The notes: generated from the letters alone by a model not told the origin. A DNA stretch of 37,203 bases from Bacteroidales bacterium (GCA_051658505.1 JBOFMS010000002.1:1-37203), one strand, 5' to 3'; positions 28,266 to 37,145 are shown, numbered from the stretch's first letter. Numbers and translations: made by a program.

Positions 28266-29591
28266 ATGAAAATTGCAATGATAGGCACAGGTTATGTTGG
28301 CTTAGTCAGCGGCACCTGCTTTGCAGAAACAGGCGTTGACGTAACTTGTGTTGATGTTAGTCAACAAAAAATTGCAGCACTCAATGCTGGAAAAATCCCC
28401 ATTTGGGAACCTGGCTTACAAGAACTTGTAACTCGCAATATACAAAAAGGCAATCTACACTTTACAACCTCCTTAAAAGATAGTTTGCAAGATACAGATG
28501 TAGCACTTATTGCAGTGGGAACACCTCCAGGAGAAGACGGAAGTGCTGACCTACAATATGTTCTACAGGTAGCCTCAGATATTGGTCGCCACATCAATCG
28601 CTATATGGTAGTGGTTACTAAAAGCACTGTACCTGTCGGCACATCGCATAAGATAAAAGCAGCCATTCAAACTGAGATTGACAAACGTGGCATTGACATT
28701 AAATTTGACGTTGCCTCAAACCCTGAATTTTTGAAAGAGGGCAATGCCATTGATGACTTTCTAAAACCCGACCGCATTGTGGTAGGCGTAGAAAACGCTG
28801 AGGCGCAAGCTGTAATGGAGCGTCTGTACAAACCATTCTTGCTCAATGGGCACCCCATTATCTTTATGGACATTACCTCTGCAGAACTTACAAAGTACGC
28901 TGCAAATGCAATGCTAGCAACCAAAATCAGTTTCATCAATGACATTGCCACAATGTGCGAGTTGGTGGGAGCAGATGTTACCGCCGTGCGCAAAGGTATT
29001 GGTAGTGATGCACGTATTGGCAACAAATTTATTTATGCAGGGGCAGGCTATGGCGGGAGTTGCTTCCCAAAAGATGTAAAAGCAATCATAAAAACGGCCT
29101 CAGAATACGGACACTCTTTGGAAATTCTACAATCTGTAGAACGAGTAAATGACCGTCAGAAAGAAATCTTGTATAAAAAAATACATAAATATTTTGACGG
29201 AAAATTGCAAGGACTTCGCATCGCCATTTGGGGATTAGCCTTTAAACCAAACACCGATGATATGCGTGAAGCGCCATCACTAACTGTCATTGAGCATTTA
29301 CTCAAGGCAGGTGCAAGCGTAATTGCTTATGACCCTGTGGCAGTAGACGAAGCAAAAAAACTCTTACCAAGCAAAGTAGTTTACGCTACTAATGCTTACA
29401 ATGCACTGAAGGGAGTTGATGCCTTAGTGCTACTTACAGAATGGTCAGAATTTAGAGTATTTGACTATGTGCGAGCAAAAAAAATGATGCAGCAAAAGAT
29501 TGTTTTTGATGGGCGAAATATTTATGACACAACGGAAATGCACGAAAATGGGTTTGTGTATGAAGGAATTGGGCGAAAAAAACTTGTATAA
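28266..29591 (+). CDS. ugd: UDP-glucose 6-dehydrogenase
   Basis: MKIAMIGTGYVGLVSGTCFAE Rossmann N-terminus and the catalytic region GGSCFPKD; 441 aa. Confidence 0.93.
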   Translation: MKIAMIGTGYVGLVSGTCFAETGVDVTCVDVSQQKIAALNAGKIPIWEPGLQELVTRNIQKGNLHFTTSLKDSLQDTDVALIAVGTPPGEDGSADLQYVLQVASDIGRHINRYMVVVTKSTVPVGTSHKIKAAIQTEIDKRGIDIKFDVASNPEFLKEGNAIDDFLKPDRIVVGVENAEAQAVMERLYKPFLLNGHPIIFMDITSAELTKYAANAMLATKISFINDIATMCELVGADVTAVRKGIGSDARIGNKFIYAGAGYGGSCFPKDVKAIIKTASEYGHSLEILQSVERVNDRQKEILYKKIHKYFDGKLQGLRIAIWGLAFKPNTDDMREAPSLTVIEHLLKAGASVIAYDPVAVDEAKKLLPSKVVYATNAYNALKGVDALVLLTEWSEFRVFDYVRAKKMMQQKIVFDGRNIYDTTEMHENGFVYEGIGRKKLV

Positions 29592-29606
29592 CAACCACAT
29601 TTATCA

Positions 29607-30548
29607 ATGAAGAGAATTTTAATTACAGGAGGGGCAGGTTTTGTAGGCTCTCATTTATGCGAGCGATTATTAAACGAAGGAAATGATATAATATGTCTAG
29701 ACAACTACTTTACAGGAGCAAAAGAAAATGTTGCTCACCTATTAAATCATCCCTATTTTGAATTAGTAAGGCACGATGTTATTTCGCCATTTTATGCAGA
29801 GGTTGATGAAATTTACAATCTTGCCTGTCCAGCATCACCCGTACACTATCAATACAATCCGATAAAAACAATCAAGACCTCTGTAATGGGAGCGATTAAC
29901 TTATTGGGACTAGCAAAACGTGTAAAATGTAAAATTCTACAAGCATCTACCAGTGAAGTATATGGCGACCCAAGCTTACATCCTCAGCCAGAAACGTATT
30001 GGGGAAATGTTAATCCCATTGGCACTCGCTCCTGCTACGACGAAGGGAAACGATGTGCAGAAACATTATTTATGGATTATCATCGACAAAACAATGTTCG
30101 CATAAAGATTGTTCGCATTTTCAATACCTATGGACCACGAATGCACCCCAATGATGGACGAGTAGTCTCAAACTTTATTGTACAAGCCTTGCGAGGTGAA
30201 GACATTACAATTTATGGAGATGGCACACAAACTCGCAGTTTTCAATACATTGACGATTTAGTTGAGGGAATGATACGCTTAATGGCAAGTTCTGATAAGA
30301 TTACAGGTCCTATTAACATCGGCAATCCCAACGAGTTTACAATGATTGAGTTGGCGCAAAAAATACTACAAAAAACTAAGTCAAAGTCAAAGATTATATT
30401 CAAGCCGCTACCATCTGACGACCCCAAACAGCGTCAACCCGATATTACGAAGGCGTACGAACTACTTGACAAGTGGCAACCAACAACCCAACTTGACGAA
30501 GGTTTGCAAAAAACCATCACCTATTTTGCAAATAAAATCAACGAATGA
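29607..30548 (+). CDS. UDP-glucuronate decarboxylase (UDP-xylose synthase, extended SDR)
   Basis: [19 protein letters not shown], the YDEGKRCAE catalytic Y-x3-K, and [10 protein letters not shown]; 313 aa. Confidence 0.88.
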   Translation: MKRILITGGAGFVGSHLCERLLNEGNDIICLDNYFTGAKENVAHLLNHPYFELVRHDVISPFYAEVDEIYNLACPASPVHYQYNPIKTIKTSVMGAINLLGLAKRVKCKILQASTSEVYGDPSLHPQPETYWGNVNPIGTRSCYDEGKRCAETLFMDYHRQNNVRIKIVRIFNTYGPRMHPNDGRVVSNFIVQALRGEDITIYGDGTQTRSFQYIDDLVEGMIRLMASSDKITGPINIGNPNEFTMIELAQKILQKTKSKSKIIFKPLPSDDPKQRQPDITKAYELLDKWQPTTQLDEGLQKTITYFANKINE

Positions 30549-31432
30549 GCAACACAAATTACAACATCTTAATTACAGGAGCGAATGGACAGTTGGGCAG
30601 TGCGCTAAAAAAGTGCACTATCAATAAGCCATCAAATGCCAATTTTCTGTTTACAGACCTTGCCGAACTTGACATTACCAAGCCTACTCAGCTTAACGAT
30701 TATTGCACCAGCAACAAGGTGCAGTTTATTGTAAATTGTGCAGCCTACACTGCGGTTGATAAGGCTGAAAGTGATAAAGAAACTGCCTATTTACTCAATA
30801 CAAAAGCAGTAGAAAACCTTGTAAGTGCAGCACAGAATAGCGGGGCATACTTTATCCATATATCAACCGACTATGTATTTGATGGAAAAAGTTATAAACC
30901 CTACACAGAAGATGACCCAGTTAATCCTCAATCAGTATATGGATTGAGTAAGTTACAAGGCGAACAAAAAGCCTTACACTACAAACAAAGTATGATTATA
31001 CGCACTGCTTGGTTGTATTCAGAGTTTGGCGTAAATTTTGCAAAAACAATGCTACGCTTAGGCAAAGAAAAATCAGAATTAAATGTTGTTTTTGACCAAG
31101 TAGGCACGCCTACCAATGCAAATGATTTAGCCGCAGCCATAGTACAGATTATCGATAATGTGTATGATGAACCAAAAAAATTCTGTCAAGGAGTTTACCA
31201 CTACAGCAATGAAGGCGTATGTAGTTGGTATGATTTTGCGACAGAAATTATGCACTTAGCAAAACTCCCTTGCAAGCTGCGTCCCATTGAGGGAGTAGAA
31301 TATCCTACACCTGCACCTCGACCACATTACAGCGTACTAAACAAACGCAAGATAAAGAGCAAATACAAAATTGACATTCCGCACTGGCAAACAAGTTTAG
31401 CGAGTTGCATCAATATTTTACAAAACAATTAA
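30545..31432 (+). CDS. rfbD: dTDP-4-dehydrorhamnose reductase-type NDP-sugar reductase
   Basis: [19 protein letters not shown] and YGLSK (Y-x3-K). The start overlaps the upstream stop codon (ATGA). Confidence 0.85.
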   Translation: MSNTNYNILITGANGQLGSALKKCTINKPSNANFLFTDLAELDITKPTQLNDYCTSNKVQFIVNCAAYTAVDKAESDKETAYLLNTKAVENLVSAAQNSGAYFIHISTDYVFDGKSYKPYTEDDPVNPQSVYGLSKLQGEQKALHYKQSMIIRTAWLYSEFGVNFAKTMLRLGKEKSELNVVFDQVGTPTNANDLAAAIVQIIDNVYDEPKKFCQGVYHYSNEGVCSWYDFATEIMHLAKLPCKLRPIEGVEYPTPAPRPHYSVLNKRKIKSKYKIDIPHWQTSLASCINILQNN

Positions 31433-31467
31433 TTGAATTTACGATAACAAAAAAAAACAGCACAATT

Positions 31468-33213
31468 ATGAATAATACAAATCACCTTGCTATGGAGCGA
31501 GCCAATGCGTGGCTTGCAGGAAGTTATGACGACGAAACTAAAGCACAAGTAAAAGAATTAATACAAACTAACGAGAAAGAATTGATAGAGAGTTTCTATC
31601 AAAACCTAGAGTTTGGAACAGGAGGCTTGCGAGGCATTATGGGGGTAGGCACCAATCGCATGAACAAATACACCGTAGGCATTGCAACACAAGGATTAGC
31701 CAATTATCTCACAAAAACCTTTGCACACCTACCACAAATTAAGGTAGCCATTGCTTATGACTGTCGTAACAATAGCCCTTTCTTTGCAAAGACAGTTGCT
31801 GAGATTTTTGCAGCAAATGGCTTTCATGTTTACTTTTTCGAATCATTACGTCCCACTCCAGAATTGAGTTTTGCAGTACGTCACTTTGGTTGTCAAGGTG
31901 GAGTTATGCTAACAGCATCACACAATCCAAAGGAGTACAATGGCTATAAAGCCTATTGGGACGATGGCGCACAAGTACTTGCTCCACACGATGAAAATAT
32001 CATTGCAGAAGTAAATAAGATTACCGACCCTTCACAAGTAAAATTTTCTGGAGGAACAGGAACGATTGAAACCATTGGCAAAGAAGTTGATGAAATATAC
32101 ATCAACGCCATTAAAGGGCTAATATGCCTCTCGCCCGAAGCAATTGAAAAGCACAAGGACATTAAAATCGTCTACACCCCATTACATGGTTGTGGAGTAC
32201 ATCTTGTACCCGAGATGCTCAAACGAATGGGCTTTACCAATCTTATTCATGTACCAGAACAAGATATAAATGACGGCAACTTCCCTACTGTTACATCTCC
32301 CAATCCCGAAGAGCCAAGCGCACTTAAAATGGCAGTAGACAAAGCCATTGCCAACAATGCCGAAATGGTAATGGCAACCGATCCAGATGCAGACCGCATT
32401 GCTCTTGCTGTACGCAATAAAAACGGAGAATTTGTTCTACTTAATGGCAATCAAACTAATTCAATTTTCACTTACTATTTACTTTGTCGTTGGAAGGACT
32501 TAGGTAAATTAAATGGAAACGCCTTTACGGTTAAGACCATTGTTTCAAGTGAGCTTATTGCTCGTATTGCAGAGGGCTTTGGCGTAGACTACTATAATTG
32601 TTATACAGGCTTCAAATACATTGCTGAAGTTGTACGAGAACTCGAAGGGAAGAAAGAGTATATCGGAGGTGGCGAAGAAAGTTTTGGTTTTAATGTAGGC
32701 ACTTTAGTACGAGACAAAGACGCTGTAGTATGTGCAGCATTAGCAGCCGAGATTGCGGCTTGGGCTAGAGAGCAAGGTTTAAGTATGCTTGACTTACTGT
32801 ATCACATTTACGAAAAATTCGGCTACTACAAAGACAAGCAAATTGCTATCACAAAGAAAGGAAAAGAAGGCTTAGAGCAGATTCAGCAAATGATGATTGA
32901 CTTTCGCACAAATCCGCCAAAGACATTAGCAGGCTCTAGCGTGAAAGAGATATACGATTACAAGACACTTGAAATACTTAATGTAAAAACTGCCGAGAAA
33001 CAAAAAATCAAGCAAAAAAGCAGTTCAAATGTACTACAATGGCTTACTGAAGATGGAACAATGATTTCTGTACGTCCATCAGGAACAGAACCTAAAATCA
33101 AGTTCTATTTTAGTGTGTGTGCAAAATTAAATTCCATTGCAGAAGTAGAGCAAGTTTCTACTATTTTGGACAAAAAATTTGACGACTTAGCCAAAGACCT
33201 CAAACTAGTATAA
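31468..33213 (+). CDS. Phospho-sugar mutase (phosphoglucomutase/phosphomannomutase family, PgcA-like)
   Basis: Active-site loop TASHNPKEYNGYK, Mg loop DPDADR, and sugar loop GGEESFG. I prefer the ATG at 31468 (581 aa) because the TTG at 31405 overlaps rfbD. Confidence 0.9.
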   Translation: MNNTNHLAMERANAWLAGSYDDETKAQVKELIQTNEKELIESFYQNLEFGTGGLRGIMGVGTNRMNKYTVGIATQGLANYLTKTFAHLPQIKVAIAYDCRNNSPFFAKTVAEIFAANGFHVYFFESLRPTPELSFAVRHFGCQGGVMLTASHNPKEYNGYKAYWDDGAQVLAPHDENIIAEVNKITDPSQVKFSGGTGTIETIGKEVDEIYINAIKGLICLSPEAIEKHKDIKIVYTPLHGCGVHLVPEMLKRMGFTNLIHVPEQDINDGNFPTVTSPNPEEPSALKMAVDKAIANNAEMVMATDPDADRIALAVRNKNGEFVLLNGNQTNSIFTYYLLCRWKDLGKLNGNAFTVKTIVSSELIARIAEGFGVDYYNCYTGFKYIAEVVRELEGKKEYIGGGEESFGFNVGTLVRDKDAVVCAALAAEIAAWAREQGLSMLDLLYHIYEKFGYYKDKQIAITKKGKEGLEQIQQMMIDFRTNPPKTLAGSSVKEIYDYKTLEILNVKTAEKQKIKQKSSSNVLQWLTEDGTMISVRPSGTEPKIKFYFSVCAKLNSIAEVEQVSTILDKKFDDLAKDLKLV

Positions 33214-33224
33214 GTTTTCTATTT

Positions 33225-34133
33225 TTGAAACTCCTCACCTTACTTGGACCTACTGCCGTTGGTAAAACTAGCCTTGCAGCCCAGCTTGCTGCAAGGCTTA
33301 ACGGGGAAATTATTTCTGCCGACTCTCGCCAAGTCTATCGGGGCATGGATATTGGGACAGGAAAAGACTTACAAGACTACATTGTAAATACTCAAGCCAT
33401 ACCTTATCACTTGATTGACATTGTAGATGCAGGCTACAAGTACAGTGTTTACGAATATCAGCAAGATTTCAAGGAAGTATTTTCAGCCATTTGCAAACGA
33501 AAAAAAACACCTATTTTATGTGGTGGAAGTGGCATGTATATTGAAGCAGTAGTAGAAAACTATAACTTACCCGAAGTTCCGCCAAATATTTCCCTTCGCG
33601 CCGAATTAGAGCAACTATCAACCTCTAATTTAATTGAACAATTAAAAGACTTAAAGTCCTTACATAACGTTTCTGATTTAGATTCTCGCAAACGTATAAT
33701 TCGAGCCATTGAAGTAGCAAAAGCGATACAGAATACCGAAGAAACGCCTTCACAAGCAAAACTACAAAATGTATATATTGGCTTGTACCTCGAACGAGGC
33801 GAACGCCGAAATCGCATTACAGAGCGACTACACGCACGTTTACGAGACGGAATGCTTGAAGAAGTACAAACACTACTCAATAGCGGCATTAAAGCAAGTA
33901 ACTTGGAGTATTATGGATTAGAGTACAAGTTTATCACCGCACATCTTACAGGAAAGTTATCATACTCCGATATGGTATCACAACTCAATGTAGCCATTCA
34001 TCAATTTGCAAAACGACAAATGACGTGGTTCAGACGAGTTGAGCGCAAAGGCAGCAAAATTCATTGGATAGATGCACTTTTGCCTATGGAGCAAAAGTTA
34101 GAGCAAGCGAGCAATATCTACTTAAATACTTGA
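33225..34133 (+). CDS. miaA: tRNA dimethylallyltransferase
   Basis: GPTAVGKTSLA P-loop at residues 8-18 and SADSRQVYRGMDIGTGK. Only a TTG start is available this close to the P-loop. Confidence 0.9.
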   Translation: MKLLTLLGPTAVGKTSLAAQLAARLNGEIISADSRQVYRGMDIGTGKDLQDYIVNTQAIPYHLIDIVDAGYKYSVYEYQQDFKEVFSAICKRKKTPILCGGSGMYIEAVVENYNLPEVPPNISLRAELEQLSTSNLIEQLKDLKSLHNVSDLDSRKRIIRAIEVAKAIQNTEETPSQAKLQNVYIGLYLERGERRNRITERLHARLRDGMLEEVQTLLNSGIKASNLEYYGLEYKFITAHLTGKLSYSDMVSQLNVAIHQFAKRQMTWFRRVERKGSKIHWIDALLPMEQKLEQASNIYLNT

Positions 34134-35149
34134 AGTTTATTAAGTGCACGTTGATACTCTCTTGCATTTTTGAGATGCAGCGAATAACTTTTTGCAAAAC
34201 TATGATAACCTGAAAAATCAGGATTAGCACAGAAATACAAATAATTATGTTTCTCGAAATTAAGCACCGCATCAATTGCGGTAATAGGAGGCACACAAAT
34301 CGGACCTGGAGGCAAACCCTTCATTATATAAGTATTGTAAGGCGATTGACACTTTGTATGTTTTATTAAAATACGGCGTATTGAGAAATCCCCAGTTGCA
34401 TAACGCACCGTAGGGTCTGCTTGCAAAAGCATATTTGCTTTTAGGCGATTAACATACACCCCTGCCACCCTTGCCATTTCATCAGTTTTTGCGGTTTCCT
34501 CCGACACAATAGAGGCAAGAACAACCGCCTCTGTAGGCGACAAACCACTACGCTGTAGTTTAGCAGAGCGTTTTTTAGCATTCCAAAAAGCATTCCACTC
34601 TTTATTCATACGCATCATTAAGCTACCAAGACTAATATTCCAATACACTTGATAGGTATTTGACAAAAACATACTACTAAAATTATCTACCGTAAAACCG
34701 TACTCCTTTGCCAAATCTACATCTTGTAAAGCCATAAGAAGACTTGCAGAATCAACTTCTATTTGCTTTGCAATCAATGCCGCTAATTGTTGTGGAGTGC
34801 GCACATTCCCGATTTGGAGATTTACAGGGCTTTGCAAATTCGCTGCCAAGATACGCACCAATTGTTTGTTACCCATTTCAGGCATAATTTTATATCTACC
34901 TGAATAGATTTTCTTACCATAATTTAGCCATTCCATTGCCTTGATAAGGCTTTTCATATCCTCTACATACTTACTATTATAAAGTATATGTATTACATCT
35001 CGTTTTGAGGCACCTGTAGGTATATGTAGATACGCTCCCTTTTTTGGCACTTTTACATTGGGACTATAAAGCGTTTCATAGCCATAATACAAAACACCCA
35101 TTCCTAATCCCAACATTAGTGCAAAAAGAAATAGAAGATATTTTTTCAT
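34118..35149 (-). CDS. mltG: Endolytic murein transglycosylase MltG (YceG-like)
   Basis: N-terminal TM helix. ASIVSEE, NRL and GLPPGPICVP motifs are typical of YceG/MltG. The 3' end overlaps the convergent miaA by 16 nt. Confidence 0.9.
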   Translation of the reverse strand: MKKYLLFLFALMLGLGMGVLYYGYETLYSPNVKVPKKGAYLHIPTGASKRDVIHILYNSKYVEDMKSLIKAMEWLNYGKKIYSGRYKIMPEMGNKQLVRILAANLQSPVNLQIGNVRTPQQLAALIAKQIEVDSASLLMALQDVDLAKEYGFTVDNFSSMFLSNTYQVYWNISLGSLMMRMNKEWNAFWNAKKRSAKLQRSGLSPTEAVVLASIVSEETAKTDEMARVAGVYVNRLKANMLLQADPTVRYATGDFSIRRILIKHTKCQSPYNTYIMKGLPPGPICVPPITAIDAVLNFEKHNYLYFCANPDFSGYHSFAKSYSLHLKNAREYQRALNKLQVFK

Positions 35150-35208
35150 TCTACGGAAGATATTAAATCAAATTATTCGGCATTCAAGTTATGCAAATTA
35201 CGAGGGCG

Positions 35209-35216
35209 CAAATTTA
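35209..35216 (-). promoter_or_regulatory. -7 box (TAnnTTTG on the minus strand) upstream of mltG
   Basis: Plus-strand CAAATTTA is TAAATTTG on the minus strand. It lies 59 nt upstream of the ATG at 35149. Confidence 0.35.
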
Positions 35217-35247
35217 GTCCAATTTTACCTATCTACAAATTATTTAT

Positions 35248-35255
35248 TAACTTTG
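35248..35255 (+). promoter_or_regulatory. -7 box (TAnnTTTG) upstream of cdd
   Basis: TAACTTTG lies 41 nt before the ATG at 35297. Confidence 0.45.
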
Positions 35256-35296
35256 ACCGCCCTCAACAGCCCCTTAATTTGCCTATAATAATCAAG

Positions 35297-35782
35297 ATGA
35301 AACGTAAAGACATAAACATCTCCGTAGAACTTTATGCAACAACCAGCGAGCTCTCTGAAATAGAATGCTCTTTGGTAGAAAAAGCAAAAGAAGCGACACA
35401 AAATGCCTATGCACCCTACTCACAATTTTTGGTAGGAGCAGCAGTACTACTTGACAATGGGGAGATTATATTAGGTAATAATCAAGAAAACATAGCTTAT
35501 CCTTCAGGTTTGTGTGCTGAAAGAACAGCCTTATTTTATGCAGGCGCAAAATACCCTAACACTGCGGTAAAGGCAATTGCCATTGCAGCACAAACACAAG
35601 GAAAATTTGTAACAAATCCTATTCCTCCCTGTGGAGCCTGTAGGCAAGTAATGGCAGAATGCGAATTACGTGCAAAGTCACCCATTCGAGTACTTATGGC
35701 AAGCCAAGAGCAAGTTATTGCAGTTCACTCTGTAGCAAGTTTACTGCCCTTATCCTTCGACCTAAGTTCTATGCAATCTTAA
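35297..35782 (+). CDS. cdd: Cytidine deaminase
   Basis: Zinc motifs CAERTALF and PCGACRQVM. I prefer the ATG at 35297 (161 aa) over the TTG at 35279. Confidence 0.9.
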   Translation: MKRKDINISVELYATTSELSEIECSLVEKAKEATQNAYAPYSQFLVGAAVLLDNGEIILGNNQENIAYPSGLCAERTALFYAGAKYPNTAVKAIAIAAQTQGKFVTNPIPPCGACRQVMAECELRAKSPIRVLMASQEQVIAVHSVASLLPLSFDLSSMQS

Positions 35783-35794
35783 TAATAAACAAAT

Positions 35795-35830
35795 AAAAAA
35801 GGACACTACAGTAATGTAGAGTCCTTTTTT
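35795..35830. terminator. Bidirectional intrinsic terminator between the convergent cdd and pepE genes
   Basis: AAAAAA-GGACACTACA-gtaa-TGTAGAGTCC-TTTTTT. The 10-bp stem has one A-A mismatch, with an A-run on one side and a T-run on the other. Confidence 0.8.
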
Positions 35831-35866
35831 ATTAGGCAATAAATTCTCGTAATTTAAGGCGAAGTT

Positions 35867-36586
35867 TTATAGTAAAAACTGCAAATCATCACCGGGCTTT
35901 ACCTCGATGGGAGCAGTTCCATTCTTAAAAACACGCATACTATACTTTCCCTCCAGTTTAAGTTTAGCATTCTCTACCCTTAACATACAGCTCTCGCGCA
36001 AGCCCACAACATAAGCTTGAGGATTTGCAGCAATATACTCTTCAATACGTTGTTCTCGTGTTTCTCCTGCATGCCCCTCTGGATGTGCATCGAGGTAGTG
36101 AGGATTGATTTGAAATGGCACCAAATTAAATGCCTCAAAACTCTTTGGTTCTACAATTGGCATATCATTTGTGGTACAAATAGTTGGTGTAGCCACATTA
36201 CTGCCTGCACTCCAACCCACATAAGGCGTGCCTTTAAGTACCTTTTGGCGCACAGCCTCTATCAAGTTCAAATCTTGAATACTTTTAAGTAAGTGAAAAG
36301 TATTACCACCGCCAACAATAATAGCTTCAGCATCTTCTACAGCTTGTTTAGCCTTACTACATTGGTGTGCGCTAAGCACCTTAATTCCCAAGGGCGACAA
36401 TTTAGATTGCACCCTTTCAGCATACTCATCATAACTAAATGTAACAGCAGCATAAGGAATAAACAATGCACTATTTGCGCCATGCGATTTCAAAAAATCC
36501 GCGATTATTTGTTTGCTATAGCCTAAATATTCCTCTCCTGCATTAGTGGAGTTGCTAATAAGCAATAAGTTGGTTGATGTATTCAT
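35867..36586 (-). CDS. pepE: Dipeptidase E (peptidase family S51)
   Basis: LLLISNSTN at the N-terminus, GGGNTFHLL, and the nucleophile region GWSAGSNV. I prefer the ATG at 36586 (239 aa) over the TTG at 36649. Confidence 0.88.
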   Translation of the reverse strand: MNTSTNLLLISNSTNAGEEYLGYSKQIIADFLKSHGANSALFIPYAAVTFSYDEYAERVQSKLSPLGIKVLSAHQCSKAKQAVEDAEAIIVGGGNTFHLLKSIQDLNLIEAVRQKVLKGTPYVGWSAGSNVATPTICTTNDMPIVEPKSFEAFNLVPFQINPHYLDAHPEGHAGETREQRIEEYIAANPQAYVVGLRESCMLRVENAKLKLEGKYSMRVFKNGTAPIEVKPGDDLQFLL

Positions 36587-36613
36587 AAGTAAAAGATTAT
36601 AAATGATTGCGAG

Positions 36614-36621
36614 CAAAGATA
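36614..36621 (-). promoter_or_regulatory. -7 box (TAnnTTTG on the minus strand) upstream of pepE
   Basis: Plus-strand CAAAGATA is TATCTTTG on the minus strand. It lies 27 nt upstream of the ATG at 36586. Confidence 0.5.
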
Positions 36622-36660
36622 GGGATAATTTTAAGACGCTTACACGCAATTACTCCTACC

Positions 36661-36682
36661 CTACCACCACCCCACTACCACC
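36661..36682 (+). repeat. Left C-rich tract with two exact CTACCACC copies
   Basis: CTACCACC occurs at 36661-36668 and 36675-36682. The tract abuts hairpin element A directly. Confidence 0.7.
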
Positions 36683-36739
36683 GTCATTGCGGGCTTGACC
36701 CGCAATCTCCTATTTATAGGTAATACACTTTCCCTTACG
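36682..36739 (+). repeat. Hairpin repeat element, copy A
   Basis: CGTCAT-TGCGGG-cttga-CCCGCA-AT-CTCCTATTTATAGG...CCCTTACG. The hairpin ATTGCGGG/CCCGCAAT spans 36686-36706. Confidence 0.75.
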
Positions 36740-36754
36740 GGGATAATACACACA

Positions 36755-36780
36755 GTGCTTTGTGGCAAGGGATAAAGCAC
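36755..36780. repeat. Hairpin between copies A and C
   Basis: GTGCTTT (36755-36761) pairs with AAAGCAC (36774-36780). The loop contains GGCAAGGG, a submotif that recurs at 36803-36810 and as its complement at 36948-36955. Confidence 0.55.
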
Positions 36781-36802
36781 AAGCAAGCGCATGAGGCTTA
36801 TG

Positions 36803-36851
36803 GGCAAGGGCTCTCTGTGGTGGGGGATTGCGGGTCGAGCCCGCAATGACG
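36803..36851 (-). repeat. Hairpin repeat element, copy C (inverted orientation)
   Basis: The reverse complement reads CGTCAT-TGCGGG-ctcga-CCCGCA-AT-CCCC...CCCTTGCC. The hairpin spans 36827-36847. Confidence 0.75.
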
Positions 36852-36902
36852 AACCAAAAAGGGAGAGGGGTATTGCATAGCAAACGTACGGCTCTCCTTC
36901 CA

Positions 36903-36955
36903 CGTCATACCGTGCTACGACACGGTATCCCCTATTTATCGGCACTGCCCTTGCC
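36903..36955 (+). repeat. Hairpin repeat element, copy B (same flanks, different self-complementary stem)
   Basis: CGTCAT-ACCGTG-ctacga-CACGGT-AT-CCCCTATTTATCGG...CCCTTGCC. The hairpin ATACCGTG/CACGGTAT spans 36907-36928. Confidence 0.7.
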
Positions 36956-36956
36956 T

Positions 36957-36989
36957 CACTATGGAAAAAGTGGGGGATACGCCATAGTG
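36957..36989. repeat. 8-bp hairpin next to copy B
   Basis: CACTATGG (36957-36964) pairs with CCATAGTG (36982-36989). Confidence 0.5.
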
Positions 36990-37002
36990 AACGCCCCACC
37001 CT

Positions 37003-37045
37003 TTACCACCGCCCACCTACCACCTGCGCTTAACTACCTACCACC
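37003..37045 (+). repeat. Right C-rich tract with (C/T)TACCACC copies
   Basis: TTACCACC at 37003-37010, and CTACCACC at 37017-37024 and 37038-37045. All are on the same strand as the left tract. Confidence 0.7.
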
Positions 37046-37082
37046 CTCCGACATGGGAAAAGGAACAAAAAAATGCAGCGAA

Positions 37083-37145
37083 GGAGGCATAAAAATTCTT
37101 ACTGAATGAGTGAGGAACGAGCGAGATTAAGAATTTTAGACCTCC
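37083..37145. other. Long imperfect hairpin
   Basis: AAAATTCTTA (37092-37101) pairs perfectly with TAAGAATTTT (37128-37137). An outer GGAGG (37083-37087) pairs with CCTCC (37141-37145). The 26-nt loop is G-rich. A T-run lies at 37154-37160. Confidence 0.55.

Noticed and set aside
36866-36898. Group II intron domain V-like string (ACGTACGGCTC)
   Set aside because: Only the 3' half resembles domain V. The would-be 5' partner (GAGAGGGGTAT) does not give the canonical helix, AGC triad or GNRA loop, and there is no intron-encoded reverse transcriptase ORF.
36661-37109. ORFs 36661..36999 (minus strand, 112 aa) and 36828..37109 (plus strand, 93 aa) in the G+C-rich island
   Set aside because: Both are read through palindromic repeat units, giving for example RVKPAMT from the hairpin. 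They overlap each other on opposite strands and use non-ATG or weak starts. The open frames are best explained by G+C-rich repeats lacking stop codons.
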